Positions 47,073-58,136 are shown, counted from the stretch's first letter. The stretch is DNA of 64,000 bases from an uncultured Clostridia bacterium (GCA_937991645.1 CALKPL010000025.1:272026-336025), one strand, 5' to 3'. Made by a program: numbers and translations. Notes: generated from the letters alone by a model not told the origin.

Positions 47073-48074
47073 ATGACTGTATCTTTTGTTGTTGTGGCGT
47101 ATAATGCGCAAAATACTCTTCCCTCGCTCCTGAAAGATCTGTGCGCGCAAGACTATCCGCATGAGAAAATTGAGGTTCTTCTTATCGACAGTATGTCCAA
47201 AGACGGCACGCGGGCAGTGATGGAATCCTTTGCCGCAGAAGACCATGGGTTTCAGAAAGTGGTCTTGCTGGAGAACCCCGGAAAGACCCTGCCCTGCGGC
47301 TGTAATGTGGCCTTGAAGAATTATACCGGCGACGCCATCGTCCGTCTGGATGCACATTCCAATATTGATCCTGATTTCATCTCCAAAAATGTGGAGATTC
47401 TGGAAAGCGGAGAGGACATCAGCGGGGGGCAGGTGGAAAGCATCCTTGCTAACGATACCCCATTCCAGCGCACTCTTCTCCTAGCGGAAAATTCCGCGTT
47501 TTGCGGTGGGGTTGCGGCGTTTCGCCGTCTAACCGCAAGAACCTATGTCAATACTATGGCGTTTGCGATGTATCGCAGAGAAGTATACGACAAGGTCGGC
47601 CTTTATAATGAGAATCTCGCCCGGACGGAAGATAATGATATGAGTTACCGTATCGGGCTTGCCGGATATAAAATGTGCTGCGATCCTGTTATTAAGACCC
47701 GTCGGGTCATTCGCAGCTCCTTTAAGGCATTGTTGCGGCAAAAATACCTTAACGGCTATTGGATCGGAAAAACGATGGGTATACAGCCGAAATGTTTTTC
47801 GTTGTTCCATTTTGTACCGCTCATTTTTGTTTTCGGGATTCTTTTCACCACTGTTCTTGCCTGTGTGGGATTCCCTATGCTTGCGGCTGTAATGTGGACA
47901 TTGTATGCCGTTGCCGCCGTCGGCGCCTCGATTCTTGATATGCGCCGGACGCCTTTTGTCTGGACCCACCTTCTCCTGCCCTTTGTCTTTCTGGCGCTGC
48001 ATGTTGCTTACGGCGTTGGAACTCTCGTTGGACTGATTGCACTGCCCTTCTGGCTGAGAAAAATAAAAAAATAA
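47073..48074 (+). CDS. family 2 glycosyltransferase with C-terminal TM helices
   Basis: VSFVVVAYNAQNTLPSLLKDL...LLIDSMSKDGT...RLDAH is GT2-like, followed by about 4 C-terminal TM segments. ATG at 47073 with a purine-rich RBS. Confidence 0.85.
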   Translation: MTVSFVVVAYNAQNTLPSLLKDLCAQDYPHEKIEVLLIDSMSKDGTRAVMESFAAEDHGFQKVVLLENPGKTLPCGCNVALKNYTGDAIVRLDAHSNIDPDFISKNVEILESGEDISGGQVESILANDTPFQRTLLLAENSAFCGGVAAFRRLTARTYVNTMAFAMYRREVYDKVGLYNENLARTEDNDMSYRIGLAGYKMCCDPVIKTRRVIRSSFKALLRQKYLNGYWIGKTMGIQPKCFSLFHFVPLIFVFGILFTTVLACVGFPMLAAVMWTLYAVAAVGASILDMRRTPFVWTHLLLPFVFLALHVAYGVGTLVGLIALPFWLRKIKK

Positions 48075-48091
48075 TAGGGTATTTACCTGAT

Positions 48092-48327
48092 ACGCATTTT
48101 TTCCGCCCGGCACCGCGTACGCAGAGAGCGTTTCGATCGTATGCCGGTTCACAGGCGCGATCACGATTCTGTTTGCATGGGCCTTTATCAGCGTCGTACG
48201 GACCAGCGACGGCAAAAGTGTTTTTCAGCTGCGAAAGAGAGGAGATAATTCAAATGCGCAGAAGAGATAAGGACAACTACTATTTGGACATTGCGCAGAC
48301 TGTGGCGGAGCGCGGGACTTGCCTGCG
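48092..48327 (+). repeat. direct repeat copy B (relic membrane-protein 3' end plus the functional deaminase 5' end)
   Basis: See copy A. Offset is about 1.41 kb. Confidence 0.85.
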
Positions 48328-48742
48328 GCGCAATTTCGGCGCGATTATCGTAAAGGACGACAATATTATTTCTACGGGGTACACGGGCGCGCCAAGGGGC
48401 AGGAAAAACTGCTGCGACATCAATGATTGTATACGGGACGACCTGAACATCCCGCACGGGGAGCGGTTTGAACTTTGCCGCAGCGTCCATGCCGAGGCAA
48501 ACGCGATTATTGCCGCGGCGCGGGACAAGATGCTGCAGGGCGTGATGTATATCGTGTGTATGGACGCGAAAAGCGGCGAAATCGTAGCGGGCGTGACCTC
48601 CTGCGCCATGTGCAAAAAACTGATTATTAACGCGGGGCTTTCAAAGGTCGTTATACGGGACACAAAAGACGACTACCGCGTAATCGCCGTTCGCGACTGG
48701 ATATTCAAAGATGAATCGCTCTCTGTAACGGCGGAAATGTGA
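48254..48742 (+). CDS. comEB: dCMP deaminase (ComEB-type)
   Basis: HAEANAI and the second zinc motif (C)AMCKKLIINAG. ATG at 48254 with GAGAGGAG upstream. The ORF-track N-terminal extension is read-through of the repeat relic. Confidence 0.85.
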   Translation: MRRRDKDNYYLDIAQTVAERGTCLRRNFGAIIVKDDNIISTGYTGAPRGRKNCCDINDCIRDDLNIPHGERFELCRSVHAEANAIIAAARDKMLQGVMYIVCMDAKSGEIVAGVTSCAMCKKLIINAGLSKVVIRDTKDDYRVIAVRDWIFKDESLSVTAEM

Positions 48743-48749
48743 GATAAAA

Positions 48750-48810
48750 GGGCCGGGCGCGATATGCGCCCGGCCCGAACAATTAAATGCGCCGGAGTCG
48801 TCCTCCGGCG
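48750..48810. terminator. two GC hairpins forming a bidirectional terminator between comEB and gatB
   Basis: gggccgggcgc/gcgcccggccc at 48750-48776 and cgccggag/ctccggcg at 48790-48810, with T-rich flanks on both strands. Confidence 0.8.
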
Positions 48811-48819
48811 TATTTATAT

Positions 48820-50253
48820 TTATGAAAGCAGTTCTTTCAAAATCTCGTTTACAAGTTTCGGGTTCGCCTTGCCCTTGGAAGCTTTCATCGACTGTCCGAC
48901 CAAGAATCCGAAAGCGTTCATCTTTCCCGATTTATAGTCGTTTACCGACTTCTCGTTCTCGGCGAGCACCTGTTCGATCAGGGCACGGATGCTGTCCGTA
49001 TCGCTGATCTGGACAAGGCCCAGTTCTTCAATCAGCACGGCGGGGTCTTTACCGGTTTCAAAAATCTCCTGCAGCACTTTTTTACCGGCGCTTTGGGAGA
49101 TTGTCCCCTTCTCGATCAGCGCAAGCAGCTCCACGAGCTTCTGCGGCGTGAGCAGACTGTCCGCCACGTCGATTTCCAGTTCGTTGAGGCGTTTGGCAAC
49201 GTCGCCGAGAAGCCAATTGGCAATCTGTTTTGCGCTGCCGGGCGCAAAGGCCAGGCACTGATCGAAAAAGCCGGCGCGCGCAGGCGCGAATACAAGCTGT
49301 TCCGCATCGGCATACGGCAGACCGAGCTGCTGATAATACCGCGTAAGCTTTGCTACGGGAAGTTCTGGCTGCTCTTTTTCAACCTGGTTCACCCACGCGT
49401 CGTCAATCACAATCGGGCAGAGGTCTGGATCCGGAAAATAGCGGTACTCGAACGCATCCTCTTTGCTGCGGAGCAGCGTGTTTTTACCCTTGACGTCGTC
49501 CCACCGCCGCGTCTCCTGTTCGACCGTGCCGCCGCTCTCCAGCAGCTTGACCTGGCGCTTGTATTCATAGTCGATTGCGCGTTCAGCGGCGGAGAAAGAG
49601 TTGACGTTTTTCATCTCCACACGCGTGCCGAACGTATCGCTCCCCTTTTCGCGTACGGAAACGTTGATATCGCAGCGAATAGAACCCTCCTGCATTTTGC
49701 AGTCGGAAATGCCCAGGTAAAGCAGGATGAGGCGGATTGTTTCCAGAAAGTCTTTGGCCTGCCGACTCGAACGAAGGTCGGGCTCGGTGACGATCTCGAT
49801 CAGGGGAACGCCGCAGCGGTTATAGTCGACAAGCGAGCCGCCTAGCGCCGATTCGTGCGTAAGCTTGCCTGCGTCCTCTTCGATATGGATACGGGTAATC
49901 CGACAGTTGTACAGCGCGCCTTCGGAATAATAGTCCACCGCACCGGCTTCGCATACGGGCAGGTCGAACTGCGAAATCTGATAGGCCTTGGGCAGATCGG
50001 GATAGAAATAATTCTTGCGGTCGGATTTGCACAGGCGGTTTATGCGGCAGCCGAGGGCCGCGCCCATACGCATGCAGGAGTCAACAACCGTCCTGTTGAG
50101 CACGGGCAGCACGCCGGGAAAACCCATGCAGACCGGACAGCAGTTGGTGTTCGGCTCCGCCCCGAACTCGTTTTTGCAGGCGCAGAATATTTTGGTTTTG
50201 GTATTCAGTTCCGCGTGGATCTCAAGACCCACGACAAGCTCGTATTCTCTCAT
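48820..50253 (-). CDS. gatB: Asp/Glu-tRNA amidotransferase subunit B
   Basis: 477 aa. N-terminal YELVVGLEIHAELNTKTKIFC. Confidence 0.96.
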   Translation of the reverse strand: MREYELVVGLEIHAELNTKTKIFCACKNEFGAEPNTNCCPVCMGFPGVLPVLNRTVVDSCMRMGAALGCRINRLCKSDRKNYFYPDLPKAYQISQFDLPVCEAGAVDYYSEGALYNCRITRIHIEEDAGKLTHESALGGSLVDYNRCGVPLIEIVTEPDLRSSRQAKDFLETIRLILLYLGISDCKMQEGSIRCDINVSVREKGSDTFGTRVEMKNVNSFSAAERAIDYEYKRQVKLLESGGTVEQETRRWDDVKGKNTLLRSKEDAFEYRYFPDPDLCPIVIDDAWVNQVEKEQPELPVAKLTRYYQQLGLPYADAEQLVFAPARAGFFDQCLAFAPGSAKQIANWLLGDVAKRLNELEIDVADSLLTPQKLVELLALIEKGTISQSAGKKVLQEIFETGKDPAVLIEELGLVQISDTDSIRALIEQVLAENEKSVNDYKSGKMNAFGFLVGQSMKASKGKANPKLVNEILKELLS

Positions 50254-51731
50254 GCGCGCTCCCCTCCCCGGACGGCCGCAGGCACGCCGATTTTCATATC
50301 CGTATGCCGCTCGTAGGCATACGCGCCGCTCACAAGCATCCTGTCGGACAAGTGGTTGCCGATAAGCTGCATCCCGACCGGCATACCGTTGCCGTCGCGC
50401 CCGCAGGGAACGCTGACGGCGGGGACGCCGGCAATATTGATCGACACGGTGCAGAGGTCAACCATATACATCATGCGCGGGTCGTCAACGCGCTCGCCGA
50501 GCTTGAACGTCTCGACCGGCATGGTGGGCGTGACGAGCATATCGTACTTCTCAAACGCTGCGCGGAAATTGCTGCGCATAAGCCGCTGAGCAGCCAGGGC
50601 CTTCTTGTAATATGCGTCGTAATAGCCGGAACTGAGCACATAATTGCCCAGCAGAATCCGGCGTTTTACCTCGGCGCCAAAGCCCTCGGTACGGCTGCGC
50701 AGATAGAGATCGTTGAGATTGTCAAAGTCCGCGGCGCGGTACCCGTATTTTATGCCGTCATAGCGCGCGAGGTTGGAAGAAGCCTCAGCGGAGGCAAGGA
50801 TGTAATAAGTCGGAATGGCATATTCAAGCAGGGGCAGCGACATTTCTTCCACAACCGCGCCCATTTTCTCGTATTCCAACGCCGCGCTGCGCACGGCGTC
50901 CAGCACGCTGTCCGGAATCCCGCCGGAGAAATACTCCTTCGGCAGGCCGATACGCCTGCCTTTCATGTCCTCTCCTAGCGCCTGTGTAAAGTCGGGATAT
51001 TCCCGGTCAAGGGAAGTGGAGTCGCGTCCGTCGTGGCCGTACAGGACGTTGCAGAGCATGGCGATATCAAGCGCGCTGCGGCCGAACGGTCCGATCTGGT
51101 CCAGAGAGGACGCGTATGCGACCAGTCCATAGCGGGATACGGCGCCATAGGTTGGTTTCAGGCCGAAGACGCCGCAGCAGGACGCGGGCTGGCGTATCGA
51201 TCCGCCTGTGTCGGATCCGATGGACACGGCGCATTCCATAGCCGCCAGGGCCGCGGCCGAGCCGCCGGAGGAACCGCCGGGGATCCGTGAGGGGTCGTGC
51301 GGGTTTTTCGTCGGTTTAAATGCGGAATTTTCGCAGGAGGAGCCCATGGCGAACTCGTCCATATTGGTCTTGCCCGTGATGACCATATCGTTTTCCAGCA
51401 GTTTTTCCGTAACCGCCGCGTGATAAGGCGGGCGAAACGTTTCCAGCATGCGCGAGGCGCAGGTGGTCGGCTCGCCCTGGATGCAGATATTGTCTTTCAC
51501 AGCGACAGGGATACCAGCCAGCGGCGAAAGCGTTTTGCCTGCGGCGAGCTTTTCGTCCACTGCGGCGGCCTGACGCAGCGCCGATTCCTCTGAAAGGTTT
51601 ATGTAAGCGTCAACCATGCTCTCCACTGCGCGTATTCTCTGAAAGACGCTCTCTGTGATCTCCTTTGCGCTCACCCGTTTTTCACGGAGCATAGCGGCCA
51701 ATTCATGGGCGGTGTATTCATACAATTCCAT
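50250..51731 (-). CDS. gatA: Asp/Glu-tRNA amidotransferase subunit A
   Basis: Amidase signature GGSSGGSAAA. The MELYEY start at 51731 lies 10 nt after the gatC stop. The ORF-track start at 51881 runs into gatC. Confidence 0.95.
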   Translation of the reverse strand: MELYEYTAHELAAMLREKRVSAKEITESVFQRIRAVESMVDAYINLSEESALRQAAAVDEKLAAGKTLSPLAGIPVAVKDNICIQGEPTTCASRMLETFRPPYHAAVTEKLLENDMVITGKTNMDEFAMGSSCENSAFKPTKNPHDPSRIPGGSSGGSAAALAAMECAVSIGSDTGGSIRQPASCCGVFGLKPTYGAVSRYGLVAYASSLDQIGPFGRSALDIAMLCNVLYGHDGRDSTSLDREYPDFTQALGEDMKGRRIGLPKEYFSGGIPDSVLDAVRSAALEYEKMGAVVEEMSLPLLEYAIPTYYILASAEASSNLARYDGIKYGYRAADFDNLNDLYLRSRTEGFGAEVKRRILLGNYVLSSGYYDAYYKKALAAQRLMRSNFRAAFEKYDMLVTPTMPVETFKLGERVDDPRMMYMVDLCTVSINIAGVPAVSVPCGRDGNGMPVGMQLIGNHLSDRMLVSGAYAYERHTDMKIGVPAAVRGGERA

Positions 51732-51741
51732 AGCGAACTCC

Positions 51742-52032
51742 TTATTCGACGATTTTGGGGACGAAGAAACAGCCCTGTTCCTGAGACGGCGCGTTTTCCA
51801 GCAGCAGCTCGCGCGCCACGGAGGGGCGCACCTCATCTGCACGGAACACGTTATACGGGCCTTCGCCCGTGTAACGGTCAAACTGCGGGTCGATTTCCAG
51901 CTCGCCTAACTTGTCCACCATCTCAATGATGCCTTCCATGTCCTGTTTCAGCCGTGCATATTCCGCCTCCGGTATATCCAGCATGGAGAGCTTTGCGATA
52001 CGGCTGATTTCCTGATCCGTGATCTTTGTCAT
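51742..52032 (-). CDS. gatC: Asp/Glu-tRNA amidotransferase subunit C
   Basis: About 96 aa, MTKITDQEISRIAKLSMLDI.... Confidence 0.9.
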   Translation of the reverse strand: MTKITDQEISRIAKLSMLDIPEAEYARLKQDMEGIIEMVDKLGELEIDPQFDRYTGEGPYNVFRADEVRPSVARELLLENAPSQEQGCFFVPKIVE

Positions 52033-52043
52033 AATACCCACCC

Positions 52044-54044
<2,001 letters not shown>

Positions 54045-54776
54045 TCAGGATTCCGTATCGTCATAATAAAATTCGTTCAGGTCTAAAAAGTTGATCAGCT
54101 GATCCCATTTCTCCGCGTCTTCATCCGATCCGATATTTGTGTAGTTCTGCGGCACTTTGCCGATCAGCACCGACTCGCCGAGCACAATCGAGGTTTCGAC
54201 CTGCGCGTATTCCGTCGCGGCGGGCATGACGATGGCGATTGTCGCGGACACCGAGAGAATGACCTGATGACGGGTCTGGTTTATGCCGGCAGCGGAAAAG
54301 GAATTGGTTATATCCGTCTCCACGAACCCTACGGGCGCGAGCTGGATGCGTATATTGGGACCGATACCGGAAAGCAGTTCGTTGTTGACAACAGTCCCCA
54401 AAGGGATTTCAACAACCGAATCCTGGATCTGGTCGACTTTGCTTTGGATGGCGATGGTCAGGCTTGCGCGCAGTTTGTTGATTTCCATCGTATTGGCTTT
54501 GAGCGCCGTGACATGGTTTTCCGCGTCCATCTCCAGCGTGATCAGGTCGTCATACCCTATCTCGGACACGCTAAGTTCCTGGTTGACGGCTGTGTTTATG
54601 GACATGGTGGCGATGGACTTCGCCTCCGCCACGGCAATCGGACAGATCATGGGGCGAAGGCGCTTCACTACATAAAACGTGCCGACTCCCAGTATCAGAC
54701 AGCCGATCATCAGCGCGATCAGCATTTTTTTGATCCAGGGGGTGCGTCTCTTTCGCCGGAACATAGTCCTTCGCAT
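54045..54776 (-). CDS. yunB: sporulation protein YunB-like
   Basis: N-terminal TM segment. IPLGTVVNNELLSGIGPNIRIQLAPVGFV...AGINQTRHQVILSV resembles YunB. Start at MRRTMF. Confidence 0.65.
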   Translation of the reverse strand: MRRTMFRRKRRTPWIKKMLIALMIGCLILGVGTFYVVKRLRPMICPIAVAEAKSIATMSINTAVNQELSVSEIGYDDLITLEMDAENHVTALKANTMEINKLRASLTIAIQSKVDQIQDSVVEIPLGTVVNNELLSGIGPNIRIQLAPVGFVETDITNSFSAAGINQTRHQVILSVSATIAIVMPAATEYAQVETSIVLGESVLIGKVPQNYTNIGSDEDAEKWDQLINFLDLNEFYYDDTES

Positions 54777-54899
54777 TGTCTCGCCGCTTTCTGTGTGGAT
54801 TCCGAAAACCGGTACACAACAGTATATGCGAAAACAGTGCAAAAGGACATCAAAGCCGGAGTTTTTCCATGGATTTTAAGCCCAACGCCGCTAAAATCA

Positions 54900-55607
54900 C
54901 TAAATCACGCGCAGAAGCGCGCCGTAGTCGGACAGCGGCTGCTTTGGAACACAGACGGCGGTAACGCCGTGCGCTTGAAAAAAAGCTGCGATACGGGCAG
55001 CGTCCGGATGCGAATCAAGCGAGCCCAAAATGTACAGGCGCCCGTCCGATATCCGGCCGCAGCAGCCGCCGATGAAACCGAACGGATATCCTGCCAGCCG
55101 GATATGGCCGGAAGAGATGCGCAGCACGTCCATCCCCTGACGTAAGGCTGCATCCGCAATGGAAGGGTCCGCGGTTACAAGCGCGTTTTCTCCCGCCGCG
55201 ACGGCGGAACAGTTGGCGTACCCCTGTTTTACGTCCACAACCGTCCACCCCGACTCCTCCGCCATGCGCAGGATCACGGGATCGGTATGGGCGCGCAGAC
55301 AGAACAATCGGCTGCCGACACGCAGTGCGTTATAGGCGATATTGTGCGGGTAGTCCGCGCGAAGGGGCGTACGGCCGCAAAGCAGTACACGCGCCGGCAG
55401 CAGCCCGCGGTAATGCGCATACAGCTCCGGACAGCAGACCATCCGTCCGTCGCCAGCGGAAAAAAGCTGCATATCCGGATGAAAGGACTCCGGTCCGGGC
55501 AGCACGGGATGACGGACCGTTTCGTATACCCTGTCTGTCAAGGCGCGGCGCAATACCGACGGCAGATTGCCGGCTACGAGGACGGCCGGTTGCATATCGA
55601 TCAACAT
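54900..55607 (-). CDS. hypothetical protein; possible guanidino-group-modifying-enzyme-type fold
   Basis: 235 aa. KQGYANCS and FGFIGGCCGRI near the C-terminus. I recall similar proteins labelled DUF6873, but this is unverified. Confidence 0.55.
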   Translation of the reverse strand: MLIDMQPAVLVAGNLPSVLRRALTDRVYETVRHPVLPGPESFHPDMQLFSAGDGRMVCCPELYAHYRGLLPARVLLCGRTPLRADYPHNIAYNALRVGSRLFCLRAHTDPVILRMAEESGWTVVDVKQGYANCSAVAAGENALVTADPSIADAALRQGMDVLRISSGHIRLAGYPFGFIGGCCGRISDGRLYILGSLDSHPDAARIAAFFQAHGVTAVCVPKQPLSDYGALLRVI

Positions 55608-55626
55608 AGACCTCCGGGTGATATCC

Positions 55627-56826
55627 CTATTCGTATTTCAGGCAGTCGATCGGATCGAGAGCGGCGGCCTTTCTTGCGGGATATACACTAAAAATAATAC
55701 CAATGATCGCGCAGAAAAGCAAGGATAAAATTGAGATTGTGAGGTTTGGCGCGGCCTCTATACCGATCAGACGTTCGGAAAATGCTGAGAGCAGATAGCT
55801 CAGGCCTATGCCGACCGCGCCGCCAAACAGCGATATGGCGATGGCCTCTATTATAAATTCGAGAAGTATGTCCCGCCGCGTAGCGCCGATCGCCTTTTTC
55901 AGGCCAATTTCACGCTTGCGTTCATTGACCGCTACGAGCATTACGGTCATGACCCCGATTCCGCCGACGATCAGCGATACGGCGGCGACGGCGGAAATGA
56001 TCATGGTGACAAGGCCGATAATGTCTTCTATTTTCTCTTCGTGTTGAGACATATTTTCGGTCCGGTAGCCCGTTATGCCGTTGCTGGATTCGAGCTGAGA
56101 TATTATTTTTTCTTTGGATATGCTGACGTTCGCATAGCTTTTCAGCTGCACGGCGAACGATTCAAATGAATCGTCCCCCGTCAGGTCCATGACGGTCGTA
56201 TAGGGTACGTATATCAGCGTCGGCGCAAACGCGCCGACCAGCGACCCGATCGTGGAATCTGCATTTTCTACGACGCCCACGACGGTAAAGGGAGACTGGA
56301 CGCCGGATATGGTCAGGTCGATCTGCTTGCCGACGATGTTCTCACGCTTATACATGCGGCGTGCGAGTTCCGTATCTACAATACATACGCGGCCGTCTGT
56401 ATTTACATCGTTCTGCGTAAAGCCGCGGCCATATTTGGGAACAATGCCGGCGATCCCTGAATTCTGATCGCTGACGCCGAGCGTGTACGCGTCCGTACTG
56501 AATTTATGGATCCCCACCTTTGTCTGTTCCATAAGAACGGGCAGTGCGGCGTTTACCTCGCGCAGATTGTTTTCCACAAGTTCAATATCCTGCATTGTCA
56601 GACTCTTTGTGGAGATACCTGCGGCAGAGCTTGGAGAGGAGATGACGAGCCCGTCTATGCCGAAGGTCTTGAATACGCCTACGATCTGCTGCCTGCCGCC
56701 GGTTCCGACCGAATAGATGGTTGCGACGGAACAGGTGCCGATGATGATGCCGAGCACAGTGAGAAATGTGCGCAGCTTGTGCCGATACAGATTGCGAAAC
56801 GCCATGAAGATACTGTCGATTACCAT
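55627..56826 (-). CDS. ABC transporter permease, MacB/FtsX type
   Basis: N-terminal TM segment, a large extracytoplasmic domain and a C-terminal FtsX domain (KKAIGATRRDILLEFIIEA). The ATG overlaps the upstream stop (ATGGTAA). Confidence 0.85.
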   Translation of the reverse strand: MVIDSIFMAFRNLYRHKLRTFLTVLGIIIGTCSVATIYSVGTGGRQQIVGVFKTFGIDGLVISSPSSAAGISTKSLTMQDIELVENNLREVNAALPVLMEQTKVGIHKFSTDAYTLGVSDQNSGIAGIVPKYGRGFTQNDVNTDGRVCIVDTELARRMYKRENIVGKQIDLTISGVQSPFTVVGVVENADSTIGSLVGAFAPTLIYVPYTTVMDLTGDDSFESFAVQLKSYANVSISKEKIISQLESSNGITGYRTENMSQHEEKIEDIIGLVTMIISAVAAVSLIVGGIGVMTVMLVAVNERKREIGLKKAIGATRRDILLEFIIEAIAISLFGGAVGIGLSYLLSAFSERLIGIEAAPNLTISILSLLFCAIIGIIFSVYPARKAAALDPIDCLKYE

Positions 56827-57848
56827 ATCCGCCAATCCTCTTCCAGCAGTACGGACTGGCCGTCCCGCAGATCCCCCTCCGGCGCATAAACGACGAGCGT
56901 ATCCGGTTCTATGCCGATGACTTCCACATAATCGGACGACGTATATGCGCAGGTGACGTCGCGACGGGCCAGCACACCGTCCTCATATACAAACACATAC
57001 TCCTGGCCTGTCTCATCCTGCAGAATACATTCAAGCGCGAGTTTTTTTACGTTTTCCCGCGTTGCAATATGAATGGCGGCGTTGGCGGTAAAGCCAGGTA
57101 CGATTTTGTCGTCCGGCTCCAGTATCCGTATTGTGACGGCGACATACGCGCTATCCGGGCTCAGAAGGTCGGTCTGCGCTACGGGAGAGATGGATTCCAC
57201 ATATCCGTCGTAACTCCTGCCGTCAAAGCCGGAACCACTGATTCTGGTATACTGCCCCTTTTCAATTTGGTGTATCTTGTTCTCGCTGACTTTGACCTCA
57301 AGGGTCATATCGCTTAAATCCGTCACGACAAACATGGGCACAAGGGCGCTTACATAGTTATCTTTTAAGGCGTTGATCTGCGTGATTACGCCGTTTGCAG
57401 GAGCTGTAATCACCGTGTTTTTTGAGACGACCGATATATAATCCTGCGCCTGGAGCACAGGCAGAAGAGAGTCCAGGCCGGACAGGCTCAGCCCGCTCCC
57501 GCCCCCCTGCCGGATGGCGTCCAGGAGGGACTCCGCGTTTGGCAGAACTGGCGCGGCGGCGCTCACGGCATAGTCGTTTACATCAACGCTCGCAAGACGC
57601 TGGCCGCTGCGGACATGATCGCCCACCGATGCGAATACATCCGTTACCATCGACGCGTTTTCCGGGAACACGCCGTAACTGGCCGCTTTGACTGTGCCGG
57701 TACAGTTGATGACATCGTCCACATCGTCATAGACAGGGCTTGTCAGGCAGACCTTCGGCAGCGCCTGGTAGACACCGGTTTTTACAAACCCCATAACTGC
57801 TAGCATACAATATGTGATCACAAAAAGCGTTCTGAATTTTCTGTTCAT
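56820..57848 (-). CDS. HlyD/MFP-family periplasmic adaptor
   Basis: 342 aa with an N-terminal anchor. Lipoyl-like and beta-barrel MFP features (GDHVRSGQRLASVD). Confidence 0.75.
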   Translation of the reverse strand: MNRKFRTLFVITYCMLAVMGFVKTGVYQALPKVCLTSPVYDDVDDVINCTGTVKAASYGVFPENASMVTDVFASVGDHVRSGQRLASVDVNDYAVSAAAPVLPNAESLLDAIRQGGGSGLSLSGLDSLLPVLQAQDYISVVSKNTVITAPANGVITQINALKDNYVSALVPMFVVTDLSDMTLEVKVSENKIHQIEKGQYTRISGSGFDGRSYDGYVESISPVAQTDLLSPDSAYVAVTIRILEPDDKIVPGFTANAAIHIATRENVKKLALECILQDETGQEYVFVYEDGVLARRDVTCAYTSSDYVEVIGIEPDTLVVYAPEGDLRDGQSVLLEEDWRIW

Positions 57849-57954
57849 GTGTACTCCCCTCCCGAGATTATTTTTGCTGAATCGATTTGAAATACACGTG
57901 CAAATTGTATAATATTTTTTAAATCAGCAAAAATAGGAGCGAGGAGGAGTTGGC

Positions 57955-58104
57955 ATGGGATTTATTCGCTGCGAAGAGGACTGCGTATTCCAAAAAGACG
58001 GATACTGCGGTTTTGACAAGCTTACGGATTCCGCCGTGGAGCTTGCCGACCACCACAGCTGCGTCTATTATCAGGCGCGCGACAAAGGCGGGGCAAGAAC
58101 ATAA
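57955..58104 (+). CDS. small Cys-containing protein (49 aa), not in the ORF track
   Basis: MGFIRCEEDCVFQKDGYCGFDKLTDSAVELADHHSCVYYQARDKGGART. RBS GGAGGAG 7 nt upstream, an upstream TTGAAA...TATAAT promoter and a terminator immediately after the stop. Confidence 0.6.
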   Translation: MGFIRCEEDCVFQKDGYCGFDKLTDSAVELADHHSCVYYQARDKGGART

Positions 58105-58136
58105 AAAAATGCCGTATCACGATACGACATTTTTTC
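58103..58136. terminator. bidirectional terminator shared by the small ORF and the HAD gene
   Basis: Stem atgccgtatc/gatacgacat (one mismatch) flanked by A7 and T6. The HAD stop codon sits at the hairpin apex. Confidence 0.7.
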
